Virus record (IMG/VR): IMGVR_UViG_3300031994_000025
Span: 32,001 to 96,000 of that record
Length of the DNA: 64,000 bases
Reading direction: 5' to 3' (one strand)
DNA from: a virus
Lineage: Duplodnaviria > Caudoviricetes
Shown here: piece by piece, positions 56,796 through 64,000 of the stretch
Layout: each line of letters begins with the position of its first letter
Position numbering within the stretch: position 1 is the stretch's first letter
Notes under the pieces: generated by a model
Told to the model about the DNA's origin: nothing
Seen by the model: the letters and a program-made list of their open reading frames with translations, nothing else
Database searches by the model: none
Position numbers and translations under genes: made by a program

Positions 56796-57255
56796 CCTCC
56801 AACCCTGGCTCGACTATTTCAAGATGCTGCAGCGGTACGAACAGAAAGGCTTCCTGGAGATAAAGCCGCAGGAGCACGAGGCATACGTGACCCGCGCCGC
56901 CCTGCTGACACTTGCCGGCATCGACGCTCAGGATGTTCAGTCTGCTGCGGTATCACCGCAGCCCGAAGCCCTCGCCGCCACCCTGTCCCGCCTCCGTGCC
57001 TACGCCGCCTACCGCTGGGCCCCTGCCGTCGGCCAGCAGCACCCCGCCGACATGAACGACCCCGATGCTGAGATACCCGTCATTCCCATCGAGGAGTTGA
57101 CCGCCTACTTCTCGCAGCCCTTCGCCACGCACATGGTCAAGGAAGACTACCCCCACGACCTGCTGCTCACGCTGCTGCTCCAGCAGAAGCGCGCTTGGTA
57201 CGGACGGCGCAAAGAGACCATCGAAGTCATCGACTATACACAAAAGAACAAATGA
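56776..57255 (+). CDS. hypothetical protein
   Basis: ORF. Confidence 0.65.
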   Translation: MAKKKTNLQPWLDYFKMLQRYEQKGFLEIKPQEHEAYVTRAALLTLAGIDAQDVQSAAVSPQPEALAATLSRLRAYAAYRWAPAVGQQHPADMNDPDAEIPVIPIEELTAYFSQPFATHMVKEDYPHDLLLTLLLQQKRAWYGRRKETIEVIDYTQKNK

Positions 57256-57725
57256 CCAAGCCTAAGTTCACATTCGGCGACAAGATACGCCGCAAGGTCG
57301 GGGGCGAAGTGAAAACCATCCGAGACATCGACAGCCAGGCCTACCACTTCACGGACGGCACGTTCGCCCTGCGAGACGACGAGGACTGCTACGTCATGCA
57401 CGAGCAGCATAGCGGCTACTTCCTCGTGGACGGCAACCTCGACCGTGCTCCGATGGACCGCTACGTGGAGCACGGCTACGAGACCCGTGCCGACTTCCGC
57501 ACCGCCCTGCTCCGTCTCATCGACTGGTGGGGAGGACGGACTGGCCTGTACGTCGGTCACAGCCACGGTTTCCTTCGCCTGAAGTTTAAAGATATCCCCG
57601 GCGGCGGCGAGGAAGCATGGATCCCCCTGTATCTCGTCACCCCCGTCCCCATGCCCGACTACCTGAAGGAGCGCGAGCGCGACCCCATCGAGGAAGCCCT
57701 CGACCGCGCCTTCGGGTTCGAATGA
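57252..57725 (+). CDS. hypothetical protein
   Basis: ATGA overlap; PKF..GD.I start motif. Confidence 0.65.
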   Translation: MTKPKFTFGDKIRRKVGGEVKTIRDIDSQAYHFTDGTFALRDDEDCYVMHEQHSGYFLVDGNLDRAPMDRYVEHGYETRADFRTALLRLIDWWGGRTGLYVGHSHGFLRLKFKDIPGGGEEAWIPLYLVTPVPMPDYLKERERDPIEEALDRAFGFE

Positions 57726-57793
57726 AGGCACGGCAATACTCGGTATCTATTGAAAATGCAGAATGTCACGGATTGCATTAAGCAATTCCGTAC

Positions 57794-58306
57794 CTACTCC
57801 ACCAAAAAAATACAAATTAAGCTCCCGAATAAGCTCAGCATACACATCACCTCAGCCACGAATACCCCCTTATGCTCCACAGTCTTGGCCATGCCCCCTT
57901 CCGGCTGTACGTACACGCTGCCCATGATGAAGAGAAACGCCGCCCATGCGAAGAGCCAGTCGGGGCAGAGCATCGCCACGCATACCTGACTCAGCACACC
58001 CGTAGCAATCCCGAGCCACTTGTGCCACATTCTTGTGTCAACATTTACCAAAGGCGTCAGCGCACTGCCAAACAAGCATGCCTCTGTCAGCCAGCCTACC
58101 CATCCGCATCTCTCAGTCAGAGGTGCAAAGAGTAACGCGCCAACAACGCACAGCCATGCGCTCCATATCCACTGCTTCCTATCGGGAAGCCAGTACACTA
58201 TATCGCTGATGCTCTCAGGCAACTCACGTCTTGTCAGCGTCATCAAGCCGATGAATAATACGGCAACAAGGATGAACAATCCTATCAGAAAGACACCCAT
58301 ATTCAC
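57794..58306 (-). CDS. multi-TM membrane protein
   Basis: about five hydrophobic segments; LP.SISD..Y motif. Confidence 0.7.
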   Translation of the reverse strand: MNMGVFLIGLFILVAVLFIGLMTLTRRELPESISDIVYWLPDRKQWIWSAWLCVVGALLFAPLTERCGWVGWLTEACLFGSALTPLVNVDTRMWHKWLGIATGVLSQVCVAMLCPDWLFAWAAFLFIMGSVYVQPEGGMAKTVEHKGVFVAEVMCMLSLFGSLICIFLVE

Positions 58307-58509
58307 ATTCGATTTATCAATGTTATCCTAAACAATCTTTTTACGCTACAAAGATAAGCATTTATTTTGCTTTTACCAAAATTTTGTGCATAAATTTCAT
58401 AAATATGCAAACAAGTTCTTGGTTGTCAAAAATTCAAGGCACAAAAATTGCACTATACAGGTATGTGTCAGCTCATTTTCCGATTATATCACCTAAAAAA
58501 ATCACAACT

Positions 58510-59688
58510 ATGCATAAGAAAATAAGATACAGACTTGTGTTCAATTATGGTGGCAGGCTCAACAAGGACGGGCGTGCGCCAGTTGCCGTGGAGGCACGTC
58601 AAGGCAATAAAAAGATTCACCTTTCGTCGGATGTGGTACTTTTCCCGCACCAGTGGGACAAAGGGAAAGTCGTCGCGCACGACAATGCCGACAAGCTGAC
58701 GGTCTGGCTTGTCAGATGGATGCACCAGATTGAGGACATCGAACTCGACTCACTTCTCAGTGGACGGCCCATGACACTGACCAATCTGAAAAATGCCGTA
58801 AGGTTAGGTACCCATTCATCCGCCACCATCGGGGAGTTTGTCAGCGCCGTCATTGACAACAGCATACGCTCCAATCATACCAAGGCGGCTTATCACACCC
58901 TTGCGCGTGAAGTCGATAAGCATGACAAGGCAGTCAAAATGAATGACATCAATCATGACTGGATAGAACGGTGGCGAGCCTCGATGCACTCCCAGGGTCT
59001 CAGCGACAACACCATTAAGGGACGGCTGAAGCAGCTGCACTGCCTAACGCAGGAGGCCATCAAGCGAGACATTCTGACAAGCGACCCGTTCAAGTGGATC
59101 ACAATCGGAAACATGACGCCCAGACACGAATATCTCACACAGACTGAAATCAGGAAGTTCGAGACGGCTCGGTTAACGGGAAAGGAAGCAAAGGTGCGTG
59201 ACCTGTTCATGTTGTCTGTATATACAGGCCTACGATGGGGCGACCTTATCACGCTGGACGAAGCCGACATTAGCGGCGGCATCTTGAAGAAACAGATGTG
59301 CAAGACTAAGCGTGACGTTATGATTCCTATCAAAACACTTTTCTGGGGAAAAGGTCAAAGAATAATTGACCGCTATCAACCTGTATCAAAACTATGCAAA
59401 TGCGTGAAGTGCAACTCTTCAGCCAACCGTATTATTCAGGACATCGCCCGACGTATAGGCATCAAGAAAAGCGTGCATTTCCATCTGGCGAGAAAAACTT
59501 GCTCGACAATGCTCAGTTCCCTCGGTCTCCCGACAGGAGATATTGCCACCATCCTTGGGCACGCAAAGACAGAAACAACCCAGAAGTATTACATCTTTGG
59601 CAAGGAAGAGTCAATGATTAAGTCTTCAGCGAAATTGTTCCGTCAACCAAACAAGAATCCAGAACATATTAGTGAAGATGATCATTGA
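58510..59688 (+). CDS. tyrosine recombinase (probable invertase for adjacent cassettes)
   Basis: TGLRWGD, HLARKT, LGH...TT..YY; Bacteroidetes-type arm and SAM-like N-terminal domains. Confidence 0.9.
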   Translation: MHKKIRYRLVFNYGGRLNKDGRAPVAVEARQGNKKIHLSSDVVLFPHQWDKGKVVAHDNADKLTVWLVRWMHQIEDIELDSLLSGRPMTLTNLKNAVRLGTHSSATIGEFVSAVIDNSIRSNHTKAAYHTLAREVDKHDKAVKMNDINHDWIERWRASMHSQGLSDNTIKGRLKQLHCLTQEAIKRDILTSDPFKWITIGNMTPRHEYLTQTEIRKFETARLTGKEAKVRDLFMLSVYTGLRWGDLITLDEADISGGILKKQMCKTKRDVMIPIKTLFWGKGQRIIDRYQPVSKLCKCVKCNSSANRIIQDIARRIGIKKSVHFHLARKTCSTMLSSLGLPTGDIATILGHAKTETTQKYYIFGKEESMIKSSAKLFRQPNKNPEHISEDDH

Positions 59689-59690
59689 TT

Positions 59691-59924
59691 CTGGGCGCAG
59701 ATGCAAATCTCAAATGCAAATATGTAGATAGTTTGAACGTGACAGAATCGGGCGCATACGCTATTGCCTGGAACCAAACAGAAGGTCTTTTTAGCGCTTC
59801 TGCATATTTCCTTGTATTTCAATATAACGGTTATGGAGCGCAACTTGCCATAGGGGCTAATGGCGAATTTTTTATTCGAAGAACAGACGGTGACTGGTAT
59901 AAAGTACAAACATCTAAAGTATAA
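59691..59924 (+). other. silent tail-tip cassette A
   Basis: frame opens at CTGGGCGCAG (LGA); no good start; ends W.K motif. Confidence 0.65.
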
Positions 59925-60030
59925 ATACAATATCGTGGGTGCAGGTATAAGTCTGCACCCACGAGTTCCATGCTGATGAGAATCCTGTTTTGTTGTGATT
60001 TGCTAATAAACAAGCATCTTTGCGATAGAA

Positions 60031-60303
60031 CTGGGCGCAGGTAAAAGCATTCCATTAAAATTAGTACCCTCTGGGACAAACTTCGATAACGTGATTGAAG
60101 GCGCATATCAAGTAGGTGCTTCCGATAATGTCAGCGGCCTTCCTATCAGTAATGCAGCATGTCTCGTATTCTGCCCTGTTTACGGGAATGGCTTTTGGAG
60201 GTTTCAGGTGTGTATATGCATGGCAAATAATCAAATCTATTTTCGCGGAGGCTATTCATCGTCATATAATGCATGGCAAAAACTGACAAGTACAGCAGTG
60301 TAA
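60031..60303 (+). other. silent tail-tip cassette B
   Basis: frame open from CTGGGCGCAG (LGAGKSIP...) to WQKLTSTAV*. Confidence 0.65.
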
Positions 60304-60407
60304 AGAGGTGAGATTTTGTTCTCACCCCTTTATAATGCTATCCATAAAGACCAACTTGTATTCTTTTTTATGCAATTATTGTTCCTTCTTCAACCCGCTT
60401 AGGAATA

Positions 60408-60836
60408 CTAAACAGTAGATGAACTTAATTCTTGCCATCCGTCATTTCGCCATGAGCCGGAAGAGTAATATGCATAACAAAAAAAGATCTTGCTACCGCA
60501 AAAAATTAATATATGTTTATAGTTATCTGAGCCGTACAACTTCATCACGATGATTCGGCAAGCGTGTGTTGTGGGCATTGTAGAGGGCTTGTTGGCAAGT
60601 GAGGCAGTAACCGTACCAGATGTTGACTGATAACATCCATGAGAGAGTGATAATACATTAGCCCCAGAAGATAATATCGCACCTTCTGGAATGCTCCCTA
60701 CGCCCAGAACTGATTGAAGATTGGCAATGGAGATGATACCGTTGGTGTTGCCATTCTTGGCATACACGTTTGTTGCTGTTGTCAAAGTGTTTCCGAATAC
60801 TATTGACAGTGCTGCTGTTAAAGTTGATACATTCAT
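60408..60836 (-). CDS. small tail-fibre/receptor-binding protein with switchable C-terminus
   Basis: CTGGGCGTAG (SVLGV) at 60707-60698; C-terminus G.Y...N.P...WQEL resembles cassettes A and B. Confidence 0.65.
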   Translation of the reverse strand: MNVSTLTAALSIVFGNTLTTATNVYAKNGNTNGIISIANLQSVLGVGSIPEGAILSSGANVLSLSHGCYQSTSGTVTASLANKPSTMPTTHACRIIVMKLYGSDNYKHILIFCGSKIFFCYAYYSSGSWRNDGWQELSSSTV

Positions 60837-60871
60837 AATCGTAAAAAAATTAAATGTTAGAAAATCCTAAG

Positions 60872-61150
60872 TTAGAAAATAGCGGTGGCGAGGATGGTTC
60901 CTATGACCACGCCGAGAAGCCCCCAGTCCCTGCTGAAGGGAAGCGGCATTGAGCAGATGCCAAAGAGTGCGTTGACCGTCAGGAGTGACAGTGCGCCTAC
61001 ACTCTGCGCCATGAAGATGGTTGATACCCTCGATGCCCCGCATGCCGCGCATAGCGCAGCCGCGAGCATCGTCATGATGAACGTGATGGCAAAGAGCGTT
61101 ATCGCTCCTCTGTTCGCCAGTAACAGTTGCTTGATTGATTCTTTTGTCAT
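60872..61150 (-). CDS. small membrane protein
   Basis: three hydrophobic segments. Confidence 0.55.
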   Translation of the reverse strand: MTKESIKQLLLANRGAITLFAITFIMTMLAAALCAACGASRVSTIFMAQSVGALSLLTVNALFGICSMPLPFSRDWGLLGVVIGTILATAIF

Positions 61151-61162
61151 ATCTCTTGTTTT

Positions 61163-62581
61163 TTAACTGACATATACTTCCCAGTCTGAGTTGAGCGTCT
61201 GGTTTTGCACCACGTAGCATGTAGTGCCGCTGACCACCTGCGTGACCGCCGATGTGCCCTGGAAGATAAATGGGAACGGCGGTGCCGACGTGTCGGTCTT
61301 GCACCGGTATATCTTGCCGTCTATCTGCATTAACATGCCCGCCGTGAACGTGCTGGCCGACGTGAGGTCGTCCATGTCCACGATGTTCGGTTGCGTTGCG
61401 CTGACGGTAATCGTATAGGATGCCGACGCGCCCGTGTAGTTTGTATTTGCCGCCATTGTCGCCGTGATGGTCGCCGTGCCCGTTCCCTTGATTGTTACTA
61501 CACCAGTCGAGCTGTTGACGGTGGCCACGCTGGTGTTGCTCGACGAGTAGGTGATGGAGCCTGACCCCGCGTAGACGGGCTTGTTGGCTTGGATGGTGGT
61601 GAAGCGCACGTCCATCGGCATGGCGAAATAGCCGCAGTCGGGTATATGGTCTACTGAGCCGTCCTTGCGGTAGACTATCTGCAGGGTGTGCGTACCCGTG
61701 GGGATGGTGATGTCCACGTCCGTCCACTCCGCCGTGATATCTTTGCTCGTATGGATGACGCTCGACGGCACAGTGCTCGACGTGATGTCGGCGGCATCCC
61801 AGTTGGCGATATAGGGGAAATCGAAACTCGATTCCATCGCCTTACCAACCTTGACGGTCATGGGGATGGCCTTGCCGGTGGTATTGGCGAACGTCAGCTT
61901 CATTACGGAGACTGAGCTTTCCACATGGTAGTTGCTGAACGACTTGAATACCTGATAGCCGCTGACGGTCTTCTCTGTGGTCTTCTCCCATCCGCTGTTT
62001 GGAGCAGTGATGACGAGGGCTTCCGTCGTGCCTGCGTCGTAGGCCGCGAGGATTGCGGATATCTGGAAGCTGATGCTGCCCGAAGCCCTGTTGATGACGA
62101 GCGTGCCGGTGTAGTAGGTGACGGAGTAGTTGCCCGATCCCTTGCTGGTGGAGAAGCCTGTCGGAGTGATGGTGCCCGACTGGGTGGCGTTGGTCGTGGA
62201 CTGCGAGAGTTTCACGCCTGTCAGGCTGTCGCCGCTGACAAGTCCGCTGACGGTCACCTGTGACGTGCTCTGGCTGATGGACTGTCCGTAGGTGATGGTC
62301 TGGTTCTTCGCCGTGATGGTAAGACCCTTCCTGCTAATGGTAAATGTACCACTTGCCGTACCTGTATAATCTCCCTTACCTGTAATAGTAATGGTGGCTG
62401 TACCCGCATTGGTGTTGTTGCTGTACGCCACGTCGTAGTCGTCGGTGGTCAGCGTTACGCCGTTCAGCGTGACGGTCGGTGTCGGCGTGTGCGCGCTTCC
62501 GTTGTAGGTCTGGCTGCTCGCCGTCACAACAGCAGTGCTGATGTCCGTCCGAAGGGATTGTAGTAGCGTTCTTCTTCTCAT
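61163..62581 (-). CDS. virion-associated protein with MBG-like and Ig-like (Big_2) domains
   Basis: Y.V.YSNN.NAGTAT.TITGKG.Y.G; LTITA......YG; ITYSSSN.SVATV...TG.VTI.G.GTATITA. Confidence 0.75.
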   Translation of the reverse strand: MRRRTLLQSLRTDISTAVVTASSQTYNGSAHTPTPTVTLNGVTLTTDDYDVAYSNNTNAGTATITITGKGDYTGTASGTFTISRKGLTITAKNQTITYGQSISQSTSQVTVSGLVSGDSLTGVKLSQSTTNATQSGTITPTGFSTSKGSGNYSVTYYTGTLVINRASGSISFQISAILAAYDAGTTEALVITAPNSGWEKTTEKTVSGYQVFKSFSNYHVESSVSVMKLTFANTTGKAIPMTVKVGKAMESSFDFPYIANWDAADITSSTVPSSVIHTSKDITAEWTDVDITIPTGTHTLQIVYRKDGSVDHIPDCGYFAMPMDVRFTTIQANKPVYAGSGSITYSSSNTSVATVNSSTGVVTIKGTGTATITATMAANTNYTGASASYTITVSATQPNIVDMDDLTSASTFTAGMLMQIDGKIYRCKTDTSAPPFPFIFQGTSAVTQVVSGTTCYVVQNQTLNSDWEVYVS

Positions 62582-62585
62582 ATCG

Positions 62586-63209
62586 CTATTCCTCCGTTAT
62601 GACGTTTTCAGAAGATTCCTCCGATGCAGGTGTTTCCACGTTCGGATCTTTCTCCACGTCGGGTGCGTCTTCCGCCCCCTCCTCCACGGTCGGAGTGAAT
62701 TCCAGCTTCTCCGGGTAGTCGGCCGTCACGTCGATGACGGACACCTCTTCCATCGTCGCAGCCGCCATGATGTCGCGCTTGTGACGCTCCGTGACGTTCA
62801 GGCACTCGGAGGCATACACCTCCACTGCCGACAGCAGGGTTTCCCATGTGTCGAGGGGGAAGGTGAACTCCATACCCCCGTAGACCTTCGTCATGTCCGT
62901 TCTTCCGAGACGGCGGTAGGCCGATATGCTGGCGAGGATGCGGGAACGCTCCTCAAAGTAGAGCCACATCGGCTGTCCGTAAAGATAGAATACGTTCACC
63001 TCCGGGGAGTCATTGTATGTCTCCGCCTCCGCCAGCCTTGCGGCCTTGGCCTCCGCCAGCAGCTCTTCCGCCGTCTTCTCAGGCTCCGTCACCTCCGTAT
63101 AGCCGCTGGCCAGCAGCAGTTCTTCAGTAGGGTTCAGTATGGTCTTTCCGTCGGCCACTATAAAGCTGCCGTTCCAAGGCTGGCCGTTGCTGTCAATATA
63201 CTTCTTCAT
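62586..63209 (-). CDS. DUF4376-like tail-associated protein
   Basis: Y..S..VN.F...G..MWL...R; L.A.E.YA..C..VT..H....YP..L. Confidence 0.7.
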   Translation of the reverse strand: MKKYIDSNGQPWNGSFIVADGKTILNPTEELLLASGYTEVTEPEKTAEELLAEAKAARLAEAETYNDSPEVNVFYLYGQPMWLYFEERSRILASISAYRRLGRTDMTKVYGGMEFTFPLDTWETLLSAVEVYASECLNVTERHKRDIMAAATMEEVSVIDVTADYPEKLEFTPTVEEGAEDAPDVEKDPNVETPASEESSENVITEE

Positions 63210-63223
63210 AGTCTCTTCTCATT

Positions 63224-63853
63224 TTACCATTCGTTGATGATTCCGTAGTAAGCCTCCTTTGCACCGTTGTAGATGATTGTCACCTCGTAGTGGTGGCCTG
63301 CCCTTACCGTCGGGATGCCTGCCCAGATGATGCTCTCTGGCAGTACGAGCTGAGTGGCCTGCTGCTCAGGGGAGTCGAAGCTGAACCTGTACTCGTTGGC
63401 AATGCCGTCCTGCGGTGCCGCAAGCGTGATGACAAGCCTCCCCGCATCGCTGAAGTCATAGCGGACGTTCGGCTGTAGCGTGTGCTCCTGCCCCTCCGTC
63501 TGTACCACCTTCGAGTCTGCCAGGCCGAGGTTGGCGATGATCGCCGCACGCTCGTTCTCCGTCAGGTTCTTCGACAGGCTTTCAAGCGTCGGGTCGGGCG
63601 CGGGTTCCGGCGCGAGTTCCGGGTCAGGCCCCTGCTCAGGCTCGTTGAGCGCCATGTTCCACACTTCCTCGATGCTGGCCTCGGGATGCTCCGTGCGGAA
63701 TGCCTTCTGTGCCGTTGTCAGCTTTACCCACTTCCCGTCGAGGTAGTCCTGCCACGTCGTGCCGACGGGATAGTTATCGCTGTTCAGCGCCTTGCCGAGC
63801 GTCACGAACCCGCCGGGGGCACTCTTCTGTATATATACATGCTGTGTTGCCAT
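63224..63853 (-). CDS. tail-region hypothetical protein
   Basis: G.TW.DY..G.WV.L...Q.AF...HP.AS..EV; L.PN..Y.F...EY.F.F. Confidence 0.65.
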   Translation of the reverse strand: MATQHVYIQKSAPGGFVTLGKALNSDNYPVGTTWQDYLDGKWVKLTTAQKAFRTEHPEASIEEVWNMALNEPEQGPDPELAPEPAPDPTLESLSKNLTENERAAIIANLGLADSKVVQTEGQEHTLQPNVRYDFSDAGRLVITLAAPQDGIANEYRFSFDSPEQQATQLVLPESIIWAGIPTVRAGHHYEVTIIYNGAKEAYYGIINEW

Positions 63854-63874
63854 TGCTGTTTCTTCTTTTAAGTG

Positions 63875-64000
63875 ATTAGAGGGCACGGACATATATCTCC
63901 ACCGTGCCGCCTGTGGTCTTGTTGAGGAAGTTCACCTCGCAGTAGCCGCCAGCGGGACAGGTAACCGTGCTGGCGCTGGCGGACGGCAACTTGTAGATGC
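63875..64000 (-). CDS. 3' end of a further tail-region gene (partial)
   Basis: reads ...IYKLPSASASTVTCPAGGYCEVNFLNKTTGGTVEIYVRAL*. Confidence 0.5.

Noticed and set aside
9500-57700. Shift from G-rich to C-rich plus strand as an origin marker
   Set aside because: Impression only; the pattern is patchy and needs a computed skew.
58510-59688. Prophage integrase marking an element boundary
   Set aside because: Phage-like genes continue on both sides, no att or host genes are seen, and the adjacent inverted cassettes favour an invertase.
59934-59963. Additional shufflon crossover site GTGGGTGCAG
   Set aside because: It is one arm of the local hairpin CGTGGGTGCAG...CTGCACCCACG, better explained as a terminator-like structure.
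59685-64000. Diversity-generating retroelement acting on tail genes
   Set aside because: No reverse transcriptase or template/variable repeat pair seen in the window.

Overview
64-kb segment of a large tailed phage or prophage of a Bacteroidales host, probably Prevotella-like (TAnnTTTG promoters, AT-rich leaders without Shine-Dalgarno, Bacteroidetes-type gene families). Layout: (1) 0-9 kb, accessory and regulatory genes: DnaC/IstB-like ATPase end, AT-rich repeat region, u-spanin-like lipoprotein, GIY-YIG-like and HNH nucleases, two HU-like proteins, hicAB, and two C4-antisense-like leaders. (2) 9.5-35.6 kb, a long co-oriented early/anti-defence region: MutS-I domain, retropepsin-like protease, ArdC-like, J-domain protein, stand-alone BRCT, DarB-like methylase-SNF2 helicase, truncated NAD-dependent ligase and many small ORFs. 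(3) 35.8-38.2 kb, divergent repressor/XRE switch. (4) 38.2-57.7 kb, replication and middle genes: primase-helicase, IF-1, exonuclease, ACP, radical SAM, SSB-like, adenine methylase. (5) 58.5-64 kb, tyrosine recombinase beside invertible tail-tip cassettes, then tail-associated genes on the minus strand. The standout is at 42.9-43.8 kb: a lone RAMP/Cas7-like gene followed immediately by a non-coding array of three 86-nt units, each ATC + 16x(NN + xGy triplet, mostly AGY). This looks like a non-CRISPR, gapped-code RNA-guided system. Other notable signals: C-terminal Ala-Ala degrons confined to early proteins, strand-biased CTAT enrichment in the early region, a three-option tail-tip shufflon, and REP-like palindromes inserted in frame in genes. 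All family assignments come from motif recognition by eye; no searches were run.
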